DNA from: a virus
Taxonomy: Duplodnaviria > Caudoviricetes
Length of the DNA stretch: 64,000 nt
IMG/VR virus record: IMGVR_UViG_2758568729_000001
Span: 64,001 to 128,000 of that record
Reading direction: 5' to 3' (one strand)
Part shown: positions 46,809-56,690 of the stretch, one piece after another
Numbering within the stretch: position 1 is the first letter of the stretch
Layout: each line of letters begins with the position of its first letter
Program-made: the position numbers and the translations under genes
Notes under the pieces: model-generated
Told to the model about the DNA's origin: nothing
Database searches by the model: none
What the model saw: only the letters and a program-made list of their open reading frames with translations

Positions 46809-46844
46809 AAAAGCCAGCCGCGACTGGGTCTACGGCTGGCTTTT
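46809..46844. terminator. terminator at the early/late boundary
   Basis: AAAAGCCAGCCG-N12-CGGCTGGCTTTT. Confidence 0.7.
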
Positions 46845-46887
46845 GAGACACGGGTGCTCGCGCCAATCTGTATCACGATCACACGTG

Positions 46888-47307
46888 TTAGTGCAAGGAC
46901 TGGGTCCGTTTTTGTTGGGCGCGTCGTACGGCGAGGGCTGCTTCGAGGACGGCGCCGGCCAGGTAGAGGGTTTCCTTTCCGCGTCGCCCGAACCGGGGGA
47001 GCAGGGTTTTCGACTGGTCTTCAGGGTGTTTCGCGGTCGCCCACTGCCGGATGGTGTGCGGTTGGACGTGGACGAGCTCGGCGGCCTCCGCCGTGGTGAC
47101 TTCCTGTTCCGGCTCGACGAGCTGTTCCCGCTCCAACATCCAGGTCTCACCGAACTCGGCGGCAACCTCGTCGGCTTGGTCGCAGAGCCGGGTGTTCTGG
47201 GCGCGGAGGTGGGTGCGGTACATGCGGGCGATCGCCCGTGCCCGTTGGGCGGGCCCGTCGGTGGGGTTGGGCCACGCCGGGTTGATGAGCCGGTCGAAGG
47301 CGTTCAC
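46888..47307 (-). CDS. HTH (MerR/excisionase-like) protein, possible late regulator
   Basis: VTTAEAAELVHVQPHTIRQWA. Confidence 0.65.
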   Translation of the reverse strand: MNAFDRLINPAWPNPTDGPAQRARAIARMYRTHLRAQNTRLCDQADEVAAEFGETWMLEREQLVEPEQEVTTAEAAELVHVQPHTIRQWATAKHPEDQSKTLLPRFGRRGKETLYLAGAVLEAALAVRRAQQKRTQSLH

Positions 47308-48155
47308 CGGTCGGCGTCCTCGGGGTCCGGGGTGTCGTTGTACTGCGGCCACCGGAGGGTGGTCAGGTACACCTGGTAGTCGTCCCAGTTGCGCCACTGG
47401 GAGCACCGGTCGCACCAGATGCGGTCGGAGTCGTCGTCCTCGTGCGGGTGGCCGGTGTCCGGGCGGTGGCGGGGTTCGGACCGGTACAGGGGCCCGTCCT
47501 TGGGGTCGTTGTCGCGGCCGTCGCAGGTCCAGCAGTCGCCGGGAACCCAGTGGGAACGTTGGGTCCAGCCGAGCATGCCGCGGGCGCGGGCCCGGAGCCG
47601 TTGGAGGTGGTGGACGGCTTCCCAGCCGGCCATGTCGGTTGGGTTGTCTTCCACACCGGACGGGAACACGGTGCGGGGTTCGAGGCGGGCGAGGGTGCCG
47701 AGGTGCGGGGCGAGCAGGTTGACGGCGCGTTGGACTGCACCGCCGTGAAGGACCCGCGCCGGCGGTGGCGGGTTCGACACGGTGGTGTGCCACGCCCCGA
47801 TGATGATCGTCCGCGCCGGTGGGGTCAGCCTGCCCTGTAGGCGCAGCTCGTTGGCCCAGAGGGTGGTGACGTAGTGGATTTCCCGCTGCAACGCTTCGGG
47901 TTCGCCGCGGAGTGGCATCGGTGGGGCGGCCTTGCCGCGCGGTTGGCTGCTGATTGCCTGCGACAGGACCGGGGTCTGCAACTGCTCCAGGTCGAGGTAG
48001 TCGTAGACGAGGGTGCGGACGTCGCGGACGGCGGCGGCTAGGCACGGGTCGCAGAGGGGGCAACCATCAACCCATCCGGGATGCTTGTCGATGTTGTCGT
48101 ACGACCGGCACCGGTCGCCGGTGGCGCAGTACGGGTCATTCGGGGTGGTGTTCAT
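47304..48155 (-). CDS. Zn-finger hypothetical protein
   Basis: LCDPC, CWTC and CDRC motifs; last early-operon genes. Confidence 0.6.
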   Translation of the reverse strand: MNTTPNDPYCATGDRCRSYDNIDKHPGWVDGCPLCDPCLAAAVRDVRTLVYDYLDLEQLQTPVLSQAISSQPRGKAAPPMPLRGEPEALQREIHYVTTLWANELRLQGRLTPPARTIIIGAWHTTVSNPPPPARVLHGGAVQRAVNLLAPHLGTLARLEPRTVFPSGVEDNPTDMAGWEAVHHLQRLRARARGMLGWTQRSHWVPGDCWTCDGRDNDPKDGPLYRSEPRHRPDTGHPHEDDDSDRIWCDRCSQWRNWDDYQVYLTTLRWPQYNDTPDPEDADR

Positions 48156-48418
48156 GCGGGTGATCTCCGTCCGCGCTGGTGGGGCTACGCTTGCGGTGAT
48201 CTTCCGCACCTTGGGGGTGAGGGTGGGTCGTTGCCGGCGGTCGGGGTGGTGCCCGGCCGCCGGATCTTTGTGTCAGTCCCGGTCGACCCAGGCCAGGCCG
48301 GTGAACAGGATCGCGCCGAAGCCGGCGCCGATGATCCCGTTGACCACAGTGGGGTCACCGGCGTGGTGTGACCAGACTGCCAGCCCGAAGATCGCCCAGA
48401 ACACTGCGGCCAAGGACT

Positions 48419-48688
48419 TCACGTGGTTGGCCCCCAGTCGTCAGGTGGTGTCAGGTTGGACTGGAGCCAGTGGTTGCATGCCCAGCAGAGGTCGAGCCAC
48501 CGGTTCCCGATCTTGGTGTGGGCAATGTAGGCGACTCCAGCGGGTTCGGGGCACCGCAGGCAGTCGTGTACCTCGCCGTAGCGGCGGTACTCGATGGCCG
48601 CGGCGAGGTTCCCAGCCTTCGGTGCCGGCGGCAGGAGCGTCGGTTCCGTCTTCAACAGGTGCAGCAGGCCGTCGGCCAGTGTGGTCAC
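48419..48688 (-). CDS. hypothetical protein
   Basis: CLRC...LCWAC; coupled. Confidence 0.5.
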   Translation of the reverse strand: MTTLADGLLHLLKTEPTLLPPAPKAGNLAAAIEYRRYGEVHDCLRCPEPAGVAYIAHTKIGNRWLDLCWACNHWLQSNLTPPDDWGPTT

Positions 48689-48894
48689 GTCAACCCACCC
48701 CTGAACAGGTCGGGGTGCTCGGCGATGAACTGGTTGCCGGCGGCGTGCATGGCGGCTGCGAGCTGGTCGTGTACCCAGTCGTCGTAGCCGTCGGTGGTGG
48801 TGTCCGCGTCGGCCTGGTCGACGTGCTCGGGTGTCCAGTGGTCGACGTCGGCGACGGTGGCCGCCCAGTGAAGTCGGATCATGGTTGCGCTCAC
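48685..48894 (-). CDS. hypothetical protein
   Basis: Coupled small acidic ORF. Confidence 0.5.
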   Translation of the reverse strand: MSATMIRLHWAATVADVDHWTPEHVDQADADTTTDGYDDWVHDQLAAAMHAAGNQFIAEHPDLFRGGLT

Positions 48895-49367
48895 GGCTGG
48901 CCCCAGTGTTCGGCGTACCCGGCACGGCCGGCGTACGGCCGCGCATCCAGCTTGAGTAGCGCCTCGGCCCGCATCGCGTCGATCTTGTAAGCCATTCGCG
49001 CTTCCGGTCCATCGGACACCTCGGGTGGTCCCTCAAGCATGGCCAGAGCGAGGCTGATGCGCTTCCGTCGGGCGTCGACTTCGGCCAGTACCCGTTTGGG
49101 GCTGGCAAACCGGGCGATGTGTTCCGCATCGAACTCCGCGAAGTCTTCCGTCCTCACGACGTGTTGGGCTGTGTACGGAGGGCGGTCGGTCCGAACCCGG
49201 TGGTAGTCGATATGCGGCGGCGATTCGTTGTTCACGACCCGCTCCGCTACCCAGTCTTCGGGGTCATTGCCGGCGTAGCTCTCGCGGTGGTGTCGCAGGA
49301 TCCGGCGGGCGACCCGCTCATCCTTGTCGACCTGTGCCAGTAGCCAAACGATCCGAGGCTCGGTCAC
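48891..49367 (-). CDS. DUF6221-like protein
   Basis: WL.AQ.D.DE, HIARFASPKRVLAEVDARR and YA.R.GY...W motifs. Confidence 0.7.
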   Translation of the reverse strand: MTEPRIVWLLAQVDKDERVARRILRHHRESYAGNDPEDWVAERVVNNESPPHIDYHRVRTDRPPYTAQHVVRTEDFAEFDAEHIARFASPKRVLAEVDARRKRISLALAMLEGPPEVSDGPEARMAYKIDAMRAEALLKLDARPYAGRAGYAEHWGQP

Positions 49368-49873
49368 TGCTCTCCCCAATGCTCGGTATACCCGGTTCGG
49401 GCCGAGTAGACCGGGGCCAGTGCTGTCACAACCCGGGACAGCACGGCGGCGGCAACCCGGTGAAGGTCGTCGTTGGGGTGCTGTTGCACCGCTTGCAGCG
49501 CTCCCTCGTACTTGGCGATGATCTCCCGCTTGAAGGCCACCTCCGAAAGCGTGCGCCGCGGGTCCTGGTTGGCGGCGTGCTCAAACGCCGGTATGGGTGA
49601 CGGTGCGCCGGCGTAGTTGTCGTCGGGGTAGTACGTGACGACGACACCCCAGTGCCCGCCCAACACGTCCGGCGGGCGGGGCAGATCGGGGCGGAGGGCG
49701 ACAAGCAGTTCCTCGTCACCGTTGACGTCCCGAAGGGCCTCCCACTCGTCGCCAGCCGGAGATGGGCGCCAGTAGCCGGCTTCGCCGACCACGGTTCCAC
49801 CGGATGCGGCCAGGGCCTTCCGTTCGTCTCGATCGATCTGTGCGAGCAACCAGGTGATTCGTGGTTCGGTCAT
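49364..49873 (-). CDS. DUF6221-like protein (paralogue)
   Basis: Same motif set (H...QDPRRTL.EV..KR.I; Y..R.GY..HW). Confidence 0.7.
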   Translation of the reverse strand: MTEPRITWLLAQIDRDERKALAASGGTVVGEAGYWRPSPAGDEWEALRDVNGDEELLVALRPDLPRPPDVLGGHWGVVVTYYPDDNYAGAPSPIPAFEHAANQDPRRTLSEVAFKREIIAKYEGALQAVQQHPNDDLHRVAAAVLSRVVTALAPVYSARTGYTEHWGEQ

Positions 49874-50860
49874 GGTGTTGCCTTCCGAATCTGTTCATCC
49901 CGAAGAAACTGCTGGCCGCAAGCGCACCGGTATTCGTCGACCTGCATCGACCAGACAAGGAAGTGCAGGCCCACTCGGCACAGACCGCGTCGTGCCCGCC
50001 AGCGGAGCAGGGGCCGGAACTCCATCTCCCGCTGGGGCTCACGGTGGAACACGGAGCGGAGTACCGGTTTCCATTGCTGCCAGGGCGCATGGACCCAGCG
50101 TTGGCGGCGGCGATCCGTGGTACCGCCCTCCCTGTTGCCGCCGATCACGGCCACACCGCCCTGATACGGATGCCGTCGCCTGCCGCGTGCCGACCCGTGT
50201 GCTCGGCAAGGCGCGTGCACACGAAGGAACCGCGAGGCGACATGGCGCCGGTGACCCGCCAGCACCGGTCGCGGCGGCGGCCAGTCGGAGTCAGGTCGGG
50301 TGGGAGAGAGTCGAAAAGCCCCCCACGCAACCCGATGGTGTCCCACGTTCGCGGGTAGTCGTCTTCGTCGTAGTAGGTCACGTCAGGTCCCCGGCGACGT
50401 GGATGGTGGACCTCGGGTTGAGGGCAGCGGCGCCGAACTGCTGCAAGGACCACCAGTGGAGGAGCCGGGCGGCCCGCCGGTCCATGGCCGCGTAGTGCGC
50501 CCTGATCTGCGCCACCTGTTCGTCGGTGAAGTCGAAACCGCCGCTGCCGACCCGGATGCCGGTGATGTGGTCGTCGTCGCTGATGTCGAGGACGGCGGCG
50601 CCGGCCGGCACAGCGGAGTCGATGTGGACGGGGATCCCCGTCGGGTCACCGAGAGGATGCCCGGACTGGCTATGCATGGTGCCGTCCTCGGAGTTGTTGA
50701 AGGCGGGCGTTCGCCTTCCTGATGCGGGCGTTCGCCGCCTCGATCCCTTCCCGTGCCGCAGCCTCCTGCCGCCGGGCTTGGACCGTGATCCGCGCCCAGT
50801 GCGCTGCCCGGAGGGCGATCGCAAGGGAAGCGAGCGCAACGACCAACCCCACCCATCCGA

Positions 50861-51208
50861 TCACTGCGGCTCCCCGGCGGGTGGCTGCTCCAAAACGGGC
50901 GGGGACGTCTCGGTAGATGGTGCCGGTTGGTAGGTGAGCGTGTAGTAGGGGCCGTCGGTGCGGAAGCGGCGGTACAACACATCTAACGTGATCTTGACCC
51001 GGCGGTCCGGAGACGGGTACCACCGATACAGGTCTTCGTCCCCGAACCGAAACACGCTGACCTCGTCCAGATCCGCACCATGCTCCACCTCAACGTCGAA
51101 CACGCCGCCCTCGTGGAGCTGCATTGCCACTTCGGAGCCATCGGCGTACCGAAGGGTGATCGTCGCTGACACCGGCGGCAGCGGAGGCTGATGCTGGTAG
51201 GTGTTCAC
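50861..51208 (-). CDS. hypothetical protein
   Basis: Coupled ORF. Confidence 0.5.
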   Translation of the reverse strand: MNTYQHQPPLPPVSATITLRYADGSEVAMQLHEGGVFDVEVEHGADLDEVSVFRFGDEDLYRWYPSPDRRVKITLDVLYRRFRTDGPYYTLTYQPAPSTETSPPVLEQPPAGEPQ

Positions 51209-51597
51209 CGGCGTTCGTCCTGTTCCCAGTAGTACCGGTACGCCCAGACACCGGCGTCATCCACGTACAAGTGGGCCTCGCGCGCGTTGTCGAACTCGAT
51301 GCGGGGCAGTACGAGGCGGACACTGCGGGCGGGGCCGACAGCAGCGTGAACCACCATCCGGAACGGGCCGGTGAGGGGACGCCAGTTCTGGGCACTCCAC
51401 CCCGGGTCCATCACTGTCCACGGGACATGCAGCAGCCGGTCGTCTTGGTAGCGCAGCAGAGACTTGTCCAGTGGGTCCCATTCGAGGTAGCCGGCCAGCT
51501 TGAACCGCTGGTTCAGGGGGGCGTCGTACGTGACCGGTAGCGGGGTGTCGGCGGGGGCAAGCCACCCGTCGGCCAGCGTCGCGATCGTCTGGTTCAT
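51205..51597 (-). CDS. miniature major-tail-protein-like protein
   Basis: LAPADTPLP...F..AGYL N-terminal motif and YVDDAGVWAYRYY versus YVDQSGVVAYRYY in the major tail protein. Confidence 0.6.
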   Translation of the reverse strand: MNQTIATLADGWLAPADTPLPVTYDAPLNQRFKLAGYLEWDPLDKSLLRYQDDRLLHVPWTVMDPGWSAQNWRPLTGPFRMVVHAAVGPARSVRLVLPRIEFDNAREAHLYVDDAGVWAYRYYWEQDERR

Positions 51598-53018
51598 CGG
51601 TGTCCCCTCCTGCGGGAGTCGAGTGGGGCCGGGGGCGGCCCAGTGTTGCGGTTGCGGCGGGCGCCCAACGCCCGGCGTTGGTCGTCGGTCAGCCCGCCCT
51701 CGAACCGGGTCGGCTCGGCCTGCTGCCCGGTGTGGAAGCGGTCCATGGCGGCCCGAAGTTGTTCGGCCACCGGAACAAGGGGCGCCATGCCTCCCAGGAT
51801 CGCTTCGTGGACACGCCGGCCGAGTTCAGCAAGCGAGACCCTGAGGCTGGACATGTCCGGTGCGGGGAGGGCCTGGCGTTCGAACCTGATCTGCCGCGCC
51901 CGAACCACGGACATGGAGTGAAACCCCGGCGGGGGCTCGGGCTCGTTGAACCGCAGACCGTCCTCGGCGACGTGGCCGAGTTCGGTGTACCTGGTCGGGT
52001 CCGTGACGTCGCCGTCGACCGGGCCAACCCAGACCCGCCCGGTGGAAGTCTCGCGCCACACCCGCGCCGGTGGCCGGGGCTGCGGCTCTGCCCCCGGGAT
52101 CTGCCGCAGCAGTTCGAGCTCCATCCGGTCCCACTCGTACTGGATCAGTGCCGCCGGGTCGACCACGGCGGTGAGGTGTCGCATCGAAAGGAGCTGGCGA
52201 TGGCCGTACCGGTGCCCGTTGTTAGTGGCGGTCAGCGACAGCCGCCAGGAGTCCCACTCCGGTTCCCGCTCGGCGGCTGGCCGCAACACCGGCCCTGGGT
52301 ATTCGGTGCCGCAGTGCGGGCACTCCTGGGCTGCCTCAACCCGCACCCTGAGCTCGGTGCCGAGACGTAGCCCGTACTGGGGTGCCCCGTGCCGGTTGCA
52401 GCTCATACACAACCGCCTCCACGGGTAGCCCTCCACCAGGACTGGGGCGGGCACCCAGATGGCTTGGGACGCAACCAGTGACATGCCGGGGAAGAGGTTA
52501 GAGAGGTCAAGGCTGGTCAGGGGGAGACGGTCATCGGCGACCGTGTGATCCCGGTTGGTCAGCTCCCGCTCCAGGCGGCGCCACACCTCCCCGATGCGGG
52601 TGACCAGCTCGTCTGTGACCGGATCCTGCCGGCCGCCGACATCGGCTAGGTCGGTGCCGACGTACCGGTGGCCGTCGTTGAGGCGCAGGTGCCACGCGTC
52701 GGTGCCGTCGTGTTCGAAGATCTGCGCTTGGAACCGGCCGGTGTACCACGTTTGCGACCCGAGCGGGGTCAGGCCGGTGTCATCGGCGGCGGTAACCAGG
52801 TCGGGGCGCCACCGGGCCGGCCCGTCCGGGTACTGGTAGTCGGGGTCTTCGCTGGTGTAGACCTCGCGAGGGTTGTGGGCTTGGGCGTTGTGCCACCGGG
52901 CCTGGCAGTTGGCGCTGCGGAAGTACGCGGACTCACCGTCCGGTGAGAGGGGCCGACCGCAGCCGCAGGCGCAGAGGTTGTTGATGGCGGCGTCGATCTG
53001 GTCGAGGGTGTCACTCAC
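51594..53018 (-). CDS. multidomain hypothetical protein (CACGC N-terminus)
   Basis: 474-aa coupled ORF with Zn motifs and a tail-tube-like segment. Confidence 0.6.
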   Translation of the reverse strand: MSDTLDQIDAAINNLCACGCGRPLSPDGESAYFRSANCQARWHNAQAHNPREVYTSEDPDYQYPDGPARWRPDLVTAADDTGLTPLGSQTWYTGRFQAQIFEHDGTDAWHLRLNDGHRYVGTDLADVGGRQDPVTDELVTRIGEVWRRLERELTNRDHTVADDRLPLTSLDLSNLFPGMSLVASQAIWVPAPVLVEGYPWRRLCMSCNRHGAPQYGLRLGTELRVRVEAAQECPHCGTEYPGPVLRPAAEREPEWDSWRLSLTATNNGHRYGHRQLLSMRHLTAVVDPAALIQYEWDRMELELLRQIPGAEPQPRPPARVWRETSTGRVWVGPVDGDVTDPTRYTELGHVAEDGLRFNEPEPPPGFHSMSVVRARQIRFERQALPAPDMSSLRVSLAELGRRVHEAILGGMAPLVPVAEQLRAAMDRFHTGQQAEPTRFEGGLTDDQRRALGARRNRNTGPPPAPLDSRRRGHR

Positions 53019-53099
53019 AGTTTCGGTCCTTTTCCCCGCAAACAGTCACATGGTTCGCATCTTGTTTGGTGTCCCGCCGGTGGGCGAATCGCACTTTGG

Positions 53100-53339
53100 T
53101 CACTCCGTGTGAGCGGCCTTGCGTTTGGTTTTCTTCGGTCGGGGCCACTCGAACCCGCCTGCCCGGAGGTCACGGAGCAGGTTCCGGGGGCCGCGCCAGT
53201 CCGATGACGAGTTGTGCGCAGTCGCGACCAACCGACCATCAGGGTTGTGGATCTTCCAATGTCCGGAGCCGGCCTCGGTCACCGTCCAACGGGCCCGGCG
53301 CAGCGCGGCGAACAGCTTCCGGCGGGCGCTGTCATCCAT
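53100..53339 (-). CDS. HicA-like toxin
   Basis: W.V....SGHWKI..PDG...SSSD.R...NL..DLR.GG pattern. Confidence 0.6.
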   Translation of the reverse strand: MDDSARRKLFAALRRARWTVTEAGSGHWKIHNPDGRLVATAHNSSSDWRGPRNLLRDLRAGGFEWPRPKKTKRKAAHTE

Positions 53340-53706
53340 TGACTGGTCCGTCCTCTTCCGGTGCCGGGTTTTCCGGAGGGTTGGTGGTGCAGTCGGGGTG
53401 GACCAGGCCGGTCGGGTTGTGGTTCCACACTGCCGGGTCGCCGTGCATGATCACCTCAGGGCACACCTTGCACCGCGTGCGGACCCTGTTGCCGAGCCCG
53501 CCCCGGGCGCTCAACCGGTGCGGGGACACGGGGCTCACCGCAGCCACCGGCCCATCGCCCGGAGACGGCGGTGGTGCTCACGGCGGAACCGGCGGCGTGC
53601 CCGCGCAACGACGGCGGCGTGCCGAAACCACCAGTCCAGGTCGTTCACGGCCCGACCCGTCTGCACGGCTCGGCCTCGATAGGCCGCTTCCGGTACACCT
53701 CGATCA

Positions 53707-54063
53707 TCACGCTGACACCCGAGGTTGCACCGGGGTGGGGGTCTCCAGCGAGGCTGGGCATACCCAGTTCGCTCCGCCCTCGTCCCACTCCACGAACAGG
53801 GTGACCATCCCGTGCTGGTTGGCGACCACCTGGGCAACGGTGGCGTCGTCGACCGGGCGCAGTTGGTGCGGTGACACCGGCAGGGCCGGCGCCTTGTAGG
53901 TGCCGATCCGGCCCGGTTTGCGCGCCTCCCCATGGAGGACGGGGGTGCCGGCGGGCCAGCGGCGAGCAGCGCCGCGCATCACAGCACAGGTACGGCAACG
54001 TTCACCGGGAGGGTGCGGGGCGAACAGGGCGAGACCGGCCTTGGGGTCCTCAGGGGCGCTCAC
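53707..54063 (-). CDS. hypothetical protein
   Basis: Coupled ORF. Confidence 0.45.
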   Translation of the reverse strand: MSAPEDPKAGLALFAPHPPGERCRTCAVMRGAARRWPAGTPVLHGEARKPGRIGTYKAPALPVSPHQLRPVDDATVAQVVANQHGMVTLFVEWDEGGANWVCPASLETPTPVQPRVSA

Positions 54064-54542
54064 AGCATCTCCCGCTGGGTGCCGGACGGGTCGATGGTGT
54101 CGGCGCAGGACGGGCACCGGGGTTCGCCGTTGATGCGTGTGATGGCTGGGTCGTGGGGGTGCGAGTCATTCGTGCGGCAGGCCACCGGGCACTGCTCCTG
54201 CTCGACCGCCTTACGCACCAGCGGGGAGTTCGGGTCAACCAACCGTCCCGCAACCCGCAGCCAGAACTGCATGCCGGCGTTCAGGCCCTCGTCGTCGTGG
54301 AACACATCGGCCAGGTCTTCGGCCAGCATGGTCCGGAGGTCTTTGCTGTGCTGCTGGTCACGGACGGTCCGGAGTGTCTGAACGGCGGCTTCGACGGCGA
54401 TCCACGCGGCCCGGTGGGCGGTGTCGGCGGTCAGGTCGTCGGGGAGCCGGCGGCCGACCTCGGTCCGAAGTGCGGTATCGATGGCCGTGTAGGTTTGCCG
54501 GCCGAAGTCGGACAGGCTCGACAGGTCGGGTGCGGTGGTCAT
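54060..54542 (-). CDS. hypothetical protein
   Basis: GGAGGAG RBS. Confidence 0.55.
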   Translation of the reverse strand: MTTAPDLSSLSDFGRQTYTAIDTALRTEVGRRLPDDLTADTAHRAAWIAVEAAVQTLRTVRDQQHSKDLRTMLAEDLADVFHDDEGLNAGMQFWLRVAGRLVDPNSPLVRKAVEQEQCPVACRTNDSHPHDPAITRINGEPRCPSCADTIDPSGTQREML

Positions 54543-55238
54543 GGCTACTCCTCCGGGTTTGTGCGGCGGTTTCGGTCTTGCAACCAGGCAGCGGCGCCCC
54601 ACGCGGCGAGGCCGAGCAGCTTCAGCCAGAGGTGGTTGTGGGCGAGTCCGAGGCCAACCCATATCGCTCCGCCGAGCCAGAGCAGTTCGAATCTGGTCAC
54701 CGCGTCCGCCAGGCGAGTCGGTGCCACCAGCGGCGGGAAAGGATGGCCTCGGGGCCGGTCGTAACGGGGCGCGGCTCCAGGGCCACGCGTGTCGACGCAA
54801 CGTGGGCCGCGCTCCCGCTGTCGGCCGGCGCCTCCTGCGAGGCGTCCACCGTTCCGAATTCGGGGCCGGTGCCCTGAAGTGACCTCCACCCCAGGCCGAT
54901 CGCGCCAGGGTGGTACGCGCCGCAGGGAACGCACTGCGCCTTGCAGGTCCAGCCGCCGTCAAGCGAGACGGACACCCACTGCGGGGAGCCGCAGCGGGGG
55001 CACACCTGCGCGGTGTCCTCCGCCCGCACCTCCGCATAGGTACGCGGCGGCGGCCAGTCCAGGTCGGGTTCGCCGAGGTTGAGGTTCGGTACGGGTGCGG
55101 TTCGCTCGGCAATCCGGATCCCGACCCGACGTGCGGCCTCACGTGTTGCCTCCGATGGCCAGGTCGGGTCACCGGACGGGGTGTTCGCGTAGGTGGCGTA
55201 ACCGGGCCGGGTGCGGGCGACGGCGGACGGGTCGTTGC

Positions 55239-55532
55239 TCATGAGCGAGTCCAGTTGGTGGTGTAGGTGACGATGGTGTGGGTCTCGATGAGCGCTGGGG
55301 CGTACAGCCGCGCTGCGATCAATTCGGCTTGATCGCGGGTGGCGGTGGTGGCCCAGACCCCGCCGTCGCCCGTTGCCACCGCCGGGGCGACGACGCGGGA
55401 GCAGCGGCAGGTGCAGTTTTCGTGCAGTTGGCAGGCGACGGGTTCGTAAGTGAGTGCCGAGGCGATGACGCGGTACTCCGTCCGCTCGGTGCGGACGCCG
55501 GGCTCGCCCATCAGCGAGAGTTGCGTGCTCAT
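55239..55532 (-). CDS. hypothetical protein
   Basis: Coupled ORF. Confidence 0.45.
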   Translation of the reverse strand: MSTQLSLMGEPGVRTERTEYRVIASALTYEPVACQLHENCTCRCSRVVAPAVATGDGGVWATTATRDQAELIAARLYAPALIETHTIVTYTTNWTRS

Positions 55533-55737
55533 CGCCCACCCGCCAGCCACTCCGGGATGTTGACCAGTTCCTGCGGCAGACCGCAGTGGTACCAGTGCCG
55601 GCGGCGGACGCTCACCAGGTGCTCGGACTCCCACCGGGCAATGAGGGTCGGCCTGCCGTACGGGCAGCGGCACATGGTGGTCGGCAGGTCGGTCGTTGTC
55701 GTGTCGGGTGCGGTCCGGACACGGGTGCGGGTGATGG

Positions 55738-56097
55738 TCACGCGGACTCCTTCGAGGTGAGCTTGGCCAGGGCGTCGTGCAGGGTGGTGTCGTCGGACTG
55801 ATCGGCCCAGAGCGCGGCTGCGACGACCAACTCCCGCACCTCGGCGGCGGTCAGCTCCAGCAGCGGCAGGTGGTGGTCGCCGACCAAGGCCACATGCAGC
55901 CCGACTACCTCGGCTACGTCGATGAGGGTGCCGCTGAGTACGTCTTGGTTGACCGTCTCGATTCCGGTCATCCGGCTGTGGCTGGTGCCGACCTGGGCGG
56001 CCACGTCCCGGGATGTGAAGCCGAGGGCGAGGCGGTGGGCGCGGATGCGGCGGCCGAGGGCCTTGCGCTGCTGCACGGCGCGGGGCTGGCGGTTCAT
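55738..56097 (-). CDS. XRE-family HTH protein
   Basis: LGRRIRAHRLALGFTSRDVAAQVG.SHSR...IE. Confidence 0.75.
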   Translation of the reverse strand: MNRQPRAVQQRKALGRRIRAHRLALGFTSRDVAAQVGTSHSRMTGIETVNQDVLSGTLIDVAEVVGLHVALVGDHHLPLLELTAAEVRELVVAAALWADQSDDTTLHDALAKLTSKESA

Positions 56098-56690
56098 ACG
56101 ATCTTCCGCCCGGCCGCGTCGTTGGTAACCCACTGAAGGATGCCCATGATCTGTTCGGTCGTGACCCGGTCCTTGATGGCCTTCGCCGTGCCCTCCGCTT
56201 TGCGTTCCTCCACCCACCGGGTCAGCGGCTCACCGGTCAGCCCATACGGTGGGGCAGGGACCAGTACCTCTGGCGGGCGCTCTCCGGCCTGCCAGGTGCG
56301 GATCCGCGACCGGCGGGTGGCCTCCTTGCGGGTGAACCGGCCAGCAACGCTGACGTGATGGACGTACCGGTGCCCGTCCGGTCCCCACCAGGCGTTGCGT
56401 TCGTCCGACCAGATCAGCCACGCCGGCTCGTACCCGCGACCGGTGTCGGAGCGGACGTGGGTAGCGAGCGCACGCAGGTCGGCGGCCGGGTCGACGGCCA
56501 GCGTTTCGTAGACCGCTTGCGCGGTGGCGAGCAGGTCGGCGGGCGTCTGGTGCAGGTAGCTGTAGACCCGAACCCCGTTTTGAGACGCGGAAACCTCCGG
56601 CTCGACTCCGCCGATGATTTCGAGGTCGGTGTCCGGGTGGTACCAGCAGACGCCGGTACTACCGAACGCGTGGGTGACAATGACGATCAT
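56094..56690 (-). CDS. hypothetical protein
   Basis: WLIWS.E..AWW......Y...AGRFT motif. Confidence 0.55.
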   Translation of the reverse strand: MIVIVTHAFGSTGVCWYHPDTDLEIIGGVEPEVSASQNGVRVYSYLHQTPADLLATAQAVYETLAVDPAADLRALATHVRSDTGRGYEPAWLIWSDERNAWWGPDGHRYVHHVSVAGRFTRKEATRRSRIRTWQAGERPPEVLVPAPPYGLTGEPLTRWVEERKAEGTAKAIKDRVTTEQIMGILQWVTNDAAGRKIV

